The position numbers and the translations under genes are program-made. A stretch of DNA of 63,145 bases, filler included, from Octopus bimaculoides (Eukaryota), in assembly GCF_001194135.2 (NCBI RefSeq). It is 7 parts of 7 records of this genome, joined end to end, with 100 filler letters (N's around TTAATTAATTAA, not from the genome) between each part and the next. Parts side by side here need not be neighbours in the genome. Positions count along the whole stretch, not along the records: positions 1 to 6,398 come from NW_026408295.1; positions 6,499 to 25,586 come from NC_068991.1; 5 more parts are not named here. One strand, given 5' to 3'. Shown here one piece after another: positions 1 to 12,610 of this stretch (position 1 is its first letter; every line of letters begins with the position of its first letter). Below the pieces are notes generated by a model. That model searched no databases, was not told the origin of the DNA, and saw only the letters and a program-made list of their open reading frames with translations.

Positions 1-187
1 CGATCTATATATTCCTCTATGTGTGTATATGTGCATATGTGTTCTTTTTCCTTTAGATGCGCGTGTGAGTGTTAGAATGTGTGTGCATGTTAGTGCTGTT
101 TTTCGTTTGTGTGTATATATGTGCGTTTGTTGCTATTAAGCAAATTTATTGTGAGCACAGATAAGTTCCTGTTTTGCACCATTCTAT
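1..187 (-). repeat. Inverted paralog of the segment at about 2650-2850 and 5670-5850
   Basis: Reverse complement reads aatggtgcaaaacaggaac...tttgcttaatagcaacaaac..acatatatacacac...catatacacacataga.gaatatata, collinear with both plus-strand copies (compared by eye). Confidence 0.85.
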
Positions 188-393
188 AGAAATATGCTAG
201 TTTTAACTCTGATAATTGTTGATGTCTTGGCATCTGAAGCAGCAGAAATTACAATATTTTGACCAGAAGTACCACATACTCTAACACAAAAAATTTGTTG
301 CATGAGACCAAAATTCGTGGCCGTTCTCATTTAACCTAAAGAGAAAAAAGAACAGTAAGGGAAGGACATACATACATATATATATACATACAT

Positions 394-2192
394 GCCCTGA
401 CGTCATCGTATGCCACCATCATGAAATTAAATACAACGAATGGCTGTAATATCACTGAGAGAATATAATATCGCAAAGACACAATCCAAAGAGACAGCCT
501 CTTTGTGATGTTCTTTATACATTCTGTAAACCCATTCCCATTCACTTTAAGGAGGTCTGAAGGATATCTCACTGGTTTACAAGGAAATAGAAATACCAAA
601 ATTACACACTGTTTCTCTCTGGATGACTTGAAACTTTAAGTAAAGGATATGCAAGAGATGAAAAACAGCCTTGACCTAGCTACAACATTCTCAAAGATGC
701 TGAGCTGGTATTTGGTCAAGATATATTTTGTTGCATGGCTGTGAAAAGGGTAAAAACTCTAAACTAGACTAGCATCATCTCTATCAATGATTTGACTGTT
801 TCCCCTGTATGAGATGAGGAATGTTACAGTTATATATGTGTGGATGATGTCATATCTTACAATGGCACCTGTAACAATATACCTATCAATAAAGAATATT
901 GCAGACGAATACAGAAGATTTGGAATATGTAACTCTCTGATTTCAACAAAACTGTGGTCCACATTATATTCAATAGCCAGTACTCGTACCAACACTTGTG
1001 CTTCTTGACTGGACGTTTGATGAGAGTGTAGCCGAGCGTCGAAGTGCATCCATTGTCCATGTTTGCATACGTTAGGCTGATAACTCACAACACTTGGAAG
1101 ACAGCTCTCTGAGCAACACTCCTTGTCTGATAACCTGGAATACATGTCCAAAGAAGTCGCACCACTCTACCGCAACGTATCACTAGATGAATGGATGAGC
1201 TTATATAAGCAGAAGACTATGCATGGATATGTCTGTAGAAAGCTCCGTGATAATTGTAACATCAATCATCAAAGCAATTTATCATGGACCTATAGACGGA
1301 TTACTACCTCCCACTTTGAAGTGTATGCGTTTGCTATATAGGAAAAGAAATATGAACCAAGTACCTGATGCGCAAAACGGAGAGAGATGCAGGAAAAGCC
1401 GTAAAATGTGACAACCGATGCAGTCTTTCTGGAGTTCACACTGAAGATATCACCCACATCATAAGCAGTTGTCCGAAAATATCATTACGGTATTATTTGC
1501 CAATGAGACATGACATTGTAGTTAGGACACTATAAGGAAACCCGTCGAAAAGATAATCCCGAGGACAAAGAAAGAAGAACCCACAATATGGTAGAAGCCA
1601 TAGCCTCTCATAATAAAGACGGATACAGGTGGAATGAATATACCAATGATGACCACAATAAAATGTAAGCGCAACAGACCTGATATAATGATTTGGAATA
1701 GAGAAGAGAAACTGGACATAGTTGTGGACGTTAGCTTCCCAGTAGACGTTAACATAAAGCTGAATATCAGTGAAAAAGAGAATAGCTATGCTGAACTATT
1801 GAGAAATCTGCAGTTCCTCTATCCCGATTACAACTTTAGGTTTATATCTGTAATTATTGGGGCCCTGGGATATGTAACACACTGCCTAAATACCAATCTT
1901 GAGAAATTAGGCTTCTCAAAACTAGAAAGCAGAAAGCTAATTCCAAGACTACTGATCCAATCAATCACTGGAACTCTAAAAATCTGTAATGCTTTCCTGA
2001 AATTTAACATTTAAATATATATATGAGCCTGTCTAGATATGTAATTATATACATGAGAACACATATATAAAACATACAAATCTATACTTAAATATATACA
2101 TATATGCATACATACACACGTACATACATACATACGTACCAACATACATACATACATATATGCATACATACATACATACATACATACATACA
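394..2192 (+). mobile_element. 5'-truncated, decayed R4/Dong-clade (RLE-type) non-LTR retrotransposon with (CATA)n tail
   Basis: Broken frames give RT motifs (IQRDSL.. for QGDSLS; KITHCFSLDDLKL for the xxDD box near 600-635), KEYCRRIQKIW, KQKTMHGY, AFAI*EKEI*TKYL, the CCHC remnant EDITHIISSCPK..RYYLPMRHD, and the RLE domain KCKRNRPDIMIWN..IVVDVSFP..IIGALG (ORF 1634-2014). A 3' UTR and CATA repeats follow. Confidence 0.9.
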
Positions 2193-2529
2193 AACATGTT
2201 TTTTTTTCAATCTTATACCAGTTCCACCTTTCCTATTGAAGTCATGTGATTGCGAAATCTAACTGAACTCCGAAGCCATCCAGTCTCAAGCGGGACACAT
2301 AACATGCATGAACGATGATAAGTCATTGCATAAACGTGGCTTAGCCAATTCCACTAATTCATGTTCTTCCTTTCCTTCTCAAATTATAAAGTTCCAATAT
2401 TAAAGACAAAGAATATTTTAGCAGAATATTACTTTAAATAATAAAAATATATACCACGAAATGAAAACATTATCAATGCAAAAAAGAAAAGAAACAACAG
2501 CACAAGCTACATACATATATATATGTGTG

Positions 2530-2572
<43 letters not shown>

Positions 2573-3588
2573 CATATTTTTTTTCTTGCAATAGGTGGTA
2601 CTTTTCGTCAAAATATCGCATCTTCTGCTATTTTACTACAATGGTTTTGCTATGAAATGGTGCAAAACAGGAACGTGTTATAAGCTTACGACACATTTGC
2701 TTAATAGCAACAAACACACATATATACACACACAGGAAAGCCACACAAACATGCACACACATTAACACACTCATTCCCACACACACACACGCGAGTATCT
2801 CAATTAAGTCAACACATAAGCACATATACACACATAGACGAATATATATAAATGTATACATACACACACATATCAGGAACTAATTTTAATATGTAAAAAT
2901 GGTATCTATTGAAATAAAATTCCGTATGATTGGCCTCGCTTGCTTTATTCTTGGTAAGTTTTCTTAGATGTAGGAAAAAAAAATCATTCATCTCTATTAC
3001 AGTCCGGTGTGTAATACACTGTGTTCTTTGTATCGTCATAGTGTAGTATTCCGTAAATGTTCTAAAACAAACATATAGGCCTTCAACTTGCTAAATTTCT
3101 CGAGAGCATTGTCAAAAACTATCTATTATCAAAAAATAATACCTTATCCTTCATGCTCGAAATTACTATATATCAACATTTTAAAGGGTATTAATAATTG
3201 AGTAGAAAATAATAATAACGCAAGCTACTTCTGAGACAGTCGAACTCGGGTTTACAAATATCCGACAACTTTACGGAATGTCGCCGAAGTACCTCGCTGG
3301 GAATTGAGGTGAAATTTTGTCTTATAAACCACTACACCTTTTCTGGATTTGGGGGGAATGTTTTGAGATATAATGCAATTGGTTTACCAATAGTTCCTTG
3401 AAATATTCAGGGGTCCTTCTAGTTAAGTTTAAATGAAATATTTCTTCAATTTCAAAATATTATTAAAGATATTTTATCATTTGGTCCCGAAAAATTTTAT
3501 GCCAAATATACTTCAAAAGAAAGAAACCTTAAGGGAAATTCAATGAGCGACTAAAATATAAATCGAACTCACAATTTAAAGTTCAATT

Positions 3589-3894
3589 CTCTTGGTATGT
3601 TCATTTTGTATTCCATGACGTTTCTAATACAGACACCTAAGTCATGAGCGCGGGATTCAATGAGTGTTAATACAGTTTTAATTTCCTACAAATGGGGCTA
3701 AAACTTTGTTTGATAAATCTGGATGTGTTTTCCCATCTATGTTCACACACACATAAACACACATGCAGGACAAACATACATATACATATACACAGAAGCA
3801 CACACATCATCCACATTGTTGCCAGCTGCGAGGGAATGTCTTCGACATAAGGCATATCAGTCTGGAAGAGGAAAGCACAACATATTAAAATAGC
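3589..3894 (+). repeat. Near-identical direct duplication, copy 1 (partner 4262-4564)
   Basis: ctcttggtatgttcattttg...gaggaaagcacaacat recurs at offset 673 with only a few substitutions; ORFs 3667-3855 and 4340-4528 are almost identical. Confidence 0.95.
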
Positions 3895-4261
3895 ATGCTG
3901 GTAACTAGCATGAAAATTTGCCTTATTAATCTGCGCACCATTCTACATTGAAATGTTAACAGATGCAAAGATATACACACAGAGACACAGCAGAAACGTA
4001 AATACACATGCGCAAAGCATACACAAATATACACGCTAACCAACATATACACTCAAACACAAACTCACCCCCCCCACACACATATATATATATACACATA
4101 TTTGAGGCAATATTTCAGAATTAGATTTAATACCTGAAACTTGTATTTATAGAAATTACATTCTGTTTGTTTGGCCTCCGTTGTTTTAGTCTTGACAAGT
4201 TGTCTTTCATGTAAGAAAATGTCGCTCATTTGTATGACGGTCCGGTGTACAACACACTGTA

Positions 4262-4564
4262 CTCTTGGTATGTTCATTTTGTATTCCATGACGTTTCTAA
4301 TACAGACACCTAAGTCATGAGCGCGGGATTCAATGAGTGTTAATACAGTTTTAATTTCCTACAAATGGGGCTAAAACTTTGTTTGATAAATCTGGATATG
4401 TTTCCCCATCTATGTTCACACACACATAAACACACATGCAGGACAAACATACATATACTTATACACAGAAGCACGCACATCATCCACATTGTTGCCAGCT
4501 GCGAGGGAATGTCTTCGACATAAGGCATATCAGTCTGGAAGAGGAAAGCACAACATAAAATAGC
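4262..4564 (+). repeat. Near-identical direct duplication, copy 2 (partner 3589-3894)
   Basis: Same sequence as 3589-3894. Confidence 0.95.
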
Positions 4565-5108
4565 TAAAAAATGAAGATTATCCTACTGAGGTAAAGAGTT
4601 GAAAATACTATTGGGAGAAATTTGAAAATTTATGCAACCGTCCGAATACCGTTCTCTGAGACCAAAATGAAGTGATATGTTCTGTTATGGAAATCACCAG
4701 ATTTCATGTACATGCCTACATGCACACATGCATGCATGTGTACATTCATATATATATATACACACCTATATACCTACCTACATATATCATACATACATGG
4801 TAATAGTTGGGTTCTCCTTATGCAGCGAGTGACCACCTCCTGTACCTACATAAATACATACATACATACATACATACATACACACATACATACATACATA
4901 CATACATACATACATACATACATACATACATACATACATACATGTATAATACGTACAGACAGTCATATACACACATATATGGTTCGAAATATCAAGCGTA
5001 AGAGAAGAAATATTTAGAACATTGATAAACGAATTTGAAAATCCACAACCCAAAATAAACTTTTAGTTCCATGCCTTTTATATTTGGAGCGACAGGATAC
5101 ATACTCAC

Positions 5109-5298
5109 CTGGGGGGAGCAGTGGATGTCTACACTTTGATTCTTGGGGAGAGAATGCAAATCCTTAATTCATATACTACAAATGGTCACGCTATCTGGGA
5201 CTCTCAAAATTTACAAGAACTTCTAAAGATTTAAAGGATATACCAGGACACTCTCAGTCAAAGCGTTACCCCTAAATTCGTGGCACGTTTGATTTAAC
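5109..5298 (-). pseudogene. Candidate decayed exon (190 nt), product unidentified
   Basis: Minus strand has a strong acceptor ttctctttctgtttttctgtttag| and a consensus donor ccag|gtgagt. All three frames contain stops. A paralogous acceptor is retained at 336-337. Confidence 0.35.
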
Positions 5299-6310
5299 CT
5301 AAACAGAAAAACAGAAAGAGAAGGGTGTACATTTACATATACAGATATACATATATACATATATACATATATACATACATACATATACATGAGCTGACGT
5401 CATCATAGGCCACCATCTTGAAATTAAACACAAAGAGTCGCTGTAATATCACCGATAGAATACAATATCGCAAAGAGACCGCCTCTTTCTGATGTTGCTT
5501 ATACTTTCTGTAAACACATTCAGGAAATCTGAAGGATATCTCACTGGTTTACAAGGAAATAGAAATAGCATAATTACACACAGTTTCTTTCAGGATGACT
5601 TGAAACTTTAAAAAACAGCCTTGACCTAGTTACAAAATTCTCATTGGATGCAGAGCTGGAATAGTTTTGCTATGGAATGATGCTAAAGAGGAACTTTTTG
5701 TGCTTACGACACACTTGCATAATACCAACAAACGCACATATATACACACACAGGAAAACAACACAAGCATGCATACACATTCTCATACTCACACGCGTAT
5801 CTAAAGGAAAAACAACTCATGATCCCATACACACATAGACGAATATGTACACATGTATACATACGCACACATATCAGTGAGAATACTCGTGAGCTAATCT
5901 TAATATCAAAAACACTCTAATATAAAAAATAATACAATACCATTCATGCTCGAAATTACGATATGTCAACTTTTAAAAAGGTAATAATATTTGAGAAGAA
6001 AATAATAATAAGAATAATTACGCAAGCGCTTTGGAGTTAAGTCGAACCCGGAACTATAGATATCCTACAACTCTACGACTTTCGCCAAAGTAGCTTGCTG
6101 AGAATTGGGTTGAAATTTTGTCTCATAAACCTTTACACCTTTCCATATCTGTATGTCCACACATGTATATACATACACACATATACGCATAAACATATAT
6201 ACACATGCACGCATGCACACACATCAAATTCATTGTTGCCAACTGCGTGAAAATGTCTTCCAGATAATGTCTTCCCATGAAGCATAATAGGGACGGCGAA
6301 ACAGTCTGGA
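5270..6310 (+). repeat. Older, internally deleted duplicate of the 300-3890 region
   Basis: Collinear blocks: 5270-5660 ~ 305-710; 5662-5880 ~ 2643-2877; 5920-6142 ~ 3125-3342; 6230-6312 ~ 3820-3870. Confidence 0.85.
5391..5660 (+). mobile_element. R4/Dong RT fragment (duplicated copy of 394-710)
   Basis: ELTSS*ATILKLNTKSRCNITDRIQYRK and ITHSFFQDDLKL; same 5' junction as the copy at 394. Confidence 0.85.
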
Positions 6311-6398
6311 AAAGGATTTCAAAGAAGAAAATACCTACAAAGTTAACCATATTGAGATCAATGGTTGTAAAGAATATATATATATATATATATATATA

Positions 6399-6498
6399 NN
6401 NNNNNNNNNNNNNNNNNNNNNNNNNNNNNNNNNNNNNNNNNNTTAATTAATTAANNNNNNNNNNNNNNNNNNNNNNNNNNNNNNNNNNNNNNNNNNNN
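6399..6498. other. Assembly spacer: N44-TTAATTAATTAA-N44
   Basis: Exactly 100 bp. TTAATTAATTAA places stops in all six frames, a known scaffolding linker design. Confidence 0.95.
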
Positions 6499-6531
<33 letters not shown>

Positions 6532-6538
6532 ATGTATG

Positions 6539-6869
6539 ACGTGAGGTATATTTGCCACTTAAATGCGACTAAACCCTAAGGGTGAATGTTACTGTTGCTT
6601 TCAGCCCTAGGAAAACATCTCCTCCAGCAGGCTATTGACACAAATCTGTGCCCTGTCGGACGCTGACGAAGGGTAAATACCCAGGAACTCGAGTCCGTGC
6701 GTATCACGTCAGATCAACGATGGGAAGGATTACTTCCCTTTGCAAATACCGACTGAGCACAGATGTGTGTCAATAGCCAGCTCGAGGAGATGTTCTCCTG
6801 GGGCTAAAAGCAACAGTAACATTCAGCCTTAAGGTTTAGCCGCATCTAAGTGGCAAATATATATCACGT
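6539..6869. mobile_element. Foldback MITE with ~121 bp inverted arms
   Basis: 6539-6659 versus the reverse complement of 6749-6869: 14 mismatches in 121 bp by my count; ~90 bp spacer; no coding capacity. Confidence 0.85.
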
Positions 6870-7400
6870 TGTCGTGCAGTTACTGTTTATACCTCGTTCA
6901 GAGATGTAACATATATATATGTACGTATTACATAAAGCAAGGAAAATGCACACACTTTACATAGTTTTAATATATTTAAAAATATATTTTACAATGTTTG
7001 TCGAACGGTTTCTCTTTCGCTAATCATGGCATTGAAATAATTATAATTTCGTATTTTCTTAATAAGATTTTAGTCCATGTTGTGCGTGGAGAAGTTTGTA
7101 AATGAATGGTAGAAAAATCTAAGGGGAAGTAATTGCTCATATTTCGGGTAGGAGATAAATAAATGTACACAAAAGTTTAAAAGCTAAAGTAGTGAGATGA
7201 AATATGTACAGTGATGGGTATGTGGTCATGAATTAAAATATATACTGAGACCAAAGTTGGTTATGCGTTCATATTTAGACGTGTTCTGTATTTTTCGATG
7301 CTAGACGGACTGGCTAGAACGGCGCACGTCTAATGACATTGGAGCTAGCAGCATTCCATTGCAACCCATCTCCCAGACTTCGCATGTCTCTCTAGGTAGT

Positions 7401-7625
7401 GCGGCGGCAGGATTTTGGCCAGACTCGTTAGGACGCCGGACGAAATGCTTAGTGGTATTTCGCCCGTCGCTCCGCTCTGAGTTCAAATCCTGCCGATGTT
7501 GGCTTGGTCTTTCATCCTTTCGGGGGTCGATAAAATAAGTACCAGTTGAACACTGAGATCCATTTAATCGATTCATTCCTTCTCCCCAAAAATTGCTGCC
7601 CCTGTGGCAAACTTTGAAACCATTA
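7401..7625 (+). mobile_element. SINE family A (tRNA-like head, ~210 bp)
   Basis: Matches the other copies: gaaatgcttag..gtatttcg..ctgagttcaaatcc..ctttcatcctttcggggtcgataaaataagtaccag..tttgaaacc; B-box-like gagttcaaatcc. Confidence 0.85.
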
Positions 7626-7675
7626 TTATTATCATTATGACCACAGCTTTAGAACTGAAACACTATCTAAAATAT

Positions 7676-7759
7676 CTTCTTCTTCTTCTTCTTCTTCTTC
7701 TTCTTCTTCTTCTTCTTCTTCTTCTTCTTCTTCTTCTTCTTCTTCTTCTTTTTCTTCTT

Positions 7760-7790
<31 letters not shown>

Positions 7791-7862
7791 TTATTATTAT
7801 TATTAGTAGTAGTAGTTGTAGTAGTAACAGTAGCAGCAGCAGCAGTAGTAGTAGAAGTAGTG
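7676..7862. repeat. Compound trinucleotide microsatellite (CTT)n-(TTA)n-(GTA)n-(GCA)n
   Basis: Seen directly; source of the poly-L, poly-R and poly-K ORFs. Confidence 0.98.
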
Positions 7863-7959
7863 ATAGACAGGTTGTTCTGTTGCGATTGCACACGTCGCAG
7901 TATTGCAGTGAATATTCAAACGATGTATTCAGTTTTAGTGTATCAATTATTTTACTTGG

Positions 7960-8050
7960 TTAACAACAGTGCACCAAGCATGAAAAAGCGATGCAAAATA
8001 TGTAAGGAAGATAGAAAAAGCGTAAGACATATTATTAGTAGCAAGGCTTG
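7960..8050 (+). mobile_element. Possible CCHC zinc-knuckle remnant of an RLE retrotransposon
   Basis: KKRCKICKEDRKSVRHIISS resembles the CxxC-E-x-HIxSxC motif of the R4 family. Confidence 0.4.
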
Positions 8051-8388
8051 ACCATTTGACTGTGTAACACTGAATGTTAGTTACAATAAATGATAGTGTG
8101 ATAATAGAATAACCTCTCTTAATTATAATATTTCCTTTGTGTATTTGTTATTTTTCCACTTCACTTCAGCAGACCAAGTGAACTAATCCTCAGCGTGCCA
8201 TTTATGAAATGCGCCAATTACGTTGATAAACACTCCATATAAACATAACTTGACAACAGCCATATTTGAAGCGTTTCATTGTGGTCTGACGCTTTTGTCC
8301 ACAATTAACAACAAACAATGAATCAATTCGCGGCTTTCATCGTAACAAAACAATTAATTAGGACATACAATAGTGAAATGTTACAGAG

Positions 8389-8787
<399 letters not shown>

Positions 8788-8789
8788 TA

Positions 8790-8952
8790 AAGCGGTGAGC
8801 TAGCAGACTCGTTAGGAAGATGGGTAAAATGCTTTGCAATATTTCGTCCGACTTTACGTTCTGAGTTCAAAATCCGCCAAGGTCGACTTTGTCGTTCATT
8901 CTTCCGGGGTTCGTGAATTAAGTACCAGTGAAACAGTAGGGTTGATATTAAT
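8790..8952 (+). mobile_element. SINE family A, 3'-truncated
   Basis: gcggtgagctagcagactcgttagg..ctgagttcaaaatccgccaaggtcgacttt..taagtaccag. Confidence 0.85.
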
Positions 8953-9049
8953 CCCTTGATGAATGATGATATGTGCATCTCTGATCACGAACAGAAGCAG
9001 TGGGGGAGCATCTTAGCTACCTTTAGCATTTAAAATTATCAATAATAAT

Positions 9050-9225
9050 ATGGGTCCCGGTATATTGCAGTAGATCTTCGTCACTATTTATTAAATACTC
9101 AGCAAGCGTTCGCCTTTCACTCCTTATACAATGGTCTATACTAATCGGTCTTCTGCCACCATTCTTTCTTTTCATATACAGCCTCTTAACGTTTGTAGTT
9201 AACACTTAATACTATCTTTTGCGCT
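9050..9225 (-). mobile_element. R4/Dong-like post-RT fragment
   Basis: NVKRLYMKRKNGGRRPISIDHCIRSERRTLAEYLINSDEDLL matches the RLYxxRxxGGRGL motif of RLE non-LTR elements. Confidence 0.75.
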
Positions 9226-9230
9226 CCCTG

Positions 9231-9299
<69 letters not shown>

Positions 9300-9335
9300 C
9301 ATCATCATCATCATCATCATCAGCATCATTATTGA

Positions 9336-9835
9336 CGCGACGAGCTGGCCGAATCGTTAGCACGCTGGGGAAAATGGACATTTCGTCCGTCTTCACGTTC
9401 TGACTTCAAATCCTGCCAAGATGGACTTTGCATTTCACCCTTTCGGGGTCGATAAAATAAGTAGGAATTGATCACTGGGATCGATGAAATCGACTTACTC
9501 CACTCTCCAAAGTTGCAGGCCTTGTGCTTATAATAGAAAGGACTATTATTAAGCCAGTGAGCTGGCAGCATCATTAGCACATCGGACAAAATGCTTAGCA
9601 GCATTTATCCCGACTCTTTTTGTTCTGATTTCAAATTCTGCTAAGACTAACTTAGTGTTTAATCTTTACGGGGCAATAAATAAAGTACCAGTGAAGTGCT
9701 GAGTTCGATGAAATCAGCTTATCTTGCCCCTGAAATTGATGGTCTAGTGTCAAAACTTTAAACCATTTGAGGTCCATTTTTCATTCTTTCGGGAACGATA
9801 AAATAAGTACCAGTCGAGCACTGCGGTCGATACTT
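9336..9835 (+). mobile_element. Tandem run of SINE family A copies (9336-9545, 9551-9765, partial 9770-9835)
   Basis: Three consecutive matches to the family A motifs. Confidence 0.85.
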
Positions 9836-9944
9836 ACTCATAGAAAACCCCACAAGAAACCGGACGACTGGAACACTTGTCTTTCCACAGGAATAAAGTA
9901 AATGGTCCTTCTCACTTTACTCCTTTCTACCCAACATACCTTAT

Positions 9945-10510
9945 TCAGTTAGTGTGGATGCCAGTGGCCAAGAGTCTTCATGGAAGCAGCGTTGCTGGCC
10001 GAACGATCTCAGATCACTAGACAGAAACTAGACTTTCCCACGCTCATGATTTCACGTCCAACTTTCAAAGTACGAGATGTTCACGTCTACAAGTTGGATA
10101 GGATTGGAGAGCAGAATCGCTGAATTGTTTCAGTATCTCGTGGTACGATACCAACGATCTTCCTAGATCCAAAATTTAAGTTACTGGTACTGGATGTGAC
10201 CAGCGAAGGTCATACCTTCAGACGAGTATCCGTTTTCAATCCAGATGATTCAGTGCGGCCAGGTTTGTTTAGATATCTGGACGTCTTTTTAGGAACGTCT
10301 ATCTCTTTAGAGCGAGTGGACAACTGGAACGTTATCTTGGATGCACGTTTGGACTATGCGGGTTTAAGTGATAAAAGCAGGGTGCAACAGTCTCGTAAGC
10401 CTATCCAAACGTTTCTAACTATTCGACAGGTATCGACTGGTTTTCCCGAATCTAGTCGATAAGAAAACCATCGAACATTCCTTTCAGTGAACAAATAGAC
10501 TGAGGGAAAC
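9945..10510 (+). mobile_element. L1/Tx1-like apurinic endonuclease fragment
   Basis: ..ASGQESSWKQRCWPNDLRSL.., IFLDPKFKLLVLDV..TFRRVSVFNP..RPGLFRYLDVFLGTS..VDNWNVILD (GDxN motif region); multiple lesions. Confidence 0.7.
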
Positions 10511-11974
10511 TAAGCCATTTCCTCGCTCATTGAGATTATTCACTGTAGCTGCTGCGGCGTTTAGGTCATGAATACCATCAACAACTGCCCCATAAACCCT
10601 GCAGCTATTTTCAGCAGCCACACCAATGTCAGCGTTGTTGACGCGTAGATAAAACTGTTGCCATTACTGACCAAGGATAGAAGTATGACCAAGAGCATGA
10701 CATCAACTATTCATAAGAATTTAAACTGTGGTTTGAATGAGATCTTTTTAATGTCTATAGGATGTCCAGTCCCCCCTCATTGACTCACTGATGCATATGC
10801 GTTTCATCTTTTCTACTTGGCATCAACATACCCGACCTGAAACTGAATACTTTGTCTTATTGAATTTCCTAGTCTGACAGTATTTGCATGGCCTCTCTTT
10901 CTTCGACTTGATAAAACAACTACAATATATATATTGCATTTGGCTACAGATGAATAAATGACAAGTAATATAATGTAATATTTTTATGAAAAGTCAACAT
11001 TATCAACTAGTGCTTGTATGCCTAAATGTAATGAGCAAATTACGAATGAAATTTCTTATTTTCAGATACAATTACGTGTAACATGATTCATCTGCAATAT
11101 GTGTCCATGTTTACTAGTTTGTATCTCATAAATAATAAAGATATTGCTAATCTAATTTTCTTATATCTCTAGTATTACTTATGAAATTTGAAGTGACACT
11201 TCATTTATCGTCTTTGGAAATGCATTTGTTTTCTGAATTATGCGTAAAGAGAGCTGGTTACTCTCAGTAAAGAGTTTATAAACACATGGTTATTATTCTC
11301 TTAAATGACTACTAGAAATAAAATTATAATATCACATTTCTAAAAAGTCAAAACAAAACGAAACAAAAAAAAATAAATAAAATAAAAAAAAAAGGCAATA
11401 ACGAAATAAAACAAAATAGTTTCTGCCATGCGATAGACATAAGACTATACATCCTCAGGCAGTTTTGGTTTTACAATAAATTTTTGAAAAAAATTGTAAA
11501 AATCATATTTGCTTTAAATAGCTTTAATATTTTAACAAAAATGTTGATGCTAATTGATAATTAGTATAAAAAATTCTCTGCAAGACGTGTGTTTGCAGAC
11601 AGTTGTCTTCTGACATTATGAAAATTAATTGAGATGTCTTCGGTTCTAAAATGTCTGGCGTACACTGAAGAAATTCAATAGACACATCAATAAAACATTG
11701 TTTCGAGGCATGTGAGGTGTTTGAAAGTCTAAGACTCTGCTTCATATATTCTCTCAGCGACTCTCTGTAACATTTCGAACTACCAAAGATCACACAAATA
11801 CGAAAGCACAACTCGGTGTAATATAGAAATACGATATCATGATGAAGATAAATAAATGGACCCAAATACACGCGGCAAGAAAGAAAAAAAAAACACAATA
11901 ACAACAATGACAATAATAACAACAGCAACATTAACAACAACAACAACAATAATCACTTGTAAAGTACGCACAAC

Positions 11975-12303
11975 GAGGGGCATTAATATATTAAACTGAC
12001 TCTAGTTCTTAACTGGTACTTTTAGTGACCTCGGAAGTAGGACAGGAAAAGTCGACCCGGACGGATTTACAACAATAATAATTATCCTTTCTGTTATAGG
12101 CACAAAGCAGGAAATTTGGAGGTGGGGGACTGTTGATTACATCGACCCCCAGTATTCATCTGGTACTTATTTTATCGACCTCGAAGGGTTGAAAGGCAAA
12201 GTCGACCTCGGCAGAATTTGGACTCAGAACTTAAGGATGGACGAAGTACCGCTAAGGATTTTTGCTCGGCGTGCTAACGATTCCGCCAGCTCACCGCCAA
12301 TAC

Positions 12304-12349
<46 letters not shown>

Positions 12350-12610
12350 CAGCTTCAAATTTTAGTATAAGTCCAGAATTTTAGAGGAGGTGGATAGTGT
12401 ATAATATCGATGTCGTGTTCAATTGGTGCTTATTTTACCGACCCAGAAATGATGAAAAGCCGAGTTGACCTGGGTGGAATTTGACTTAGAACATAATAAA
12501 TTGCAAAGCAAGTATTTTTGAGCACTAGTCAATACCATCTACGTTAGTAAGTGGCTAGTACTTAATTATATCGACTCCGAAAGAATGAAAGACAAATTTC
12601 ATTTTGGTGG
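11975..12610 (-). mobile_element. Cluster of SINE family A copies (11975-12070 partial, 12086-12299 full, 12351-12492 partial, 12550-12610 partial)
   Basis: Reverse complement of the family A motifs (ctggtacttattttatcgacc..gaaaggcaaagtcgacctcggc..ctcagaac..gccagctcaccgcc). Confidence 0.85.

Noticed and set aside
6443-6454. PacI-like TTAATTAATTAA motifs as biological sites
   Set aside because: They are always centred in exactly 88 N; assembly linker.
10484-10663. Minus-strand open frame WQQFYLRVNNADIGVAAENSCRVYGAVVDG..
   Set aside because: About 60 codons with no start or splice support and no recognisable motif; within chance expectation.
11524-11949. 141 aa minus-strand ORF
   Set aside because: It starts in a (TTG)n repeat and has no recognisable domain or convincing splice sites.
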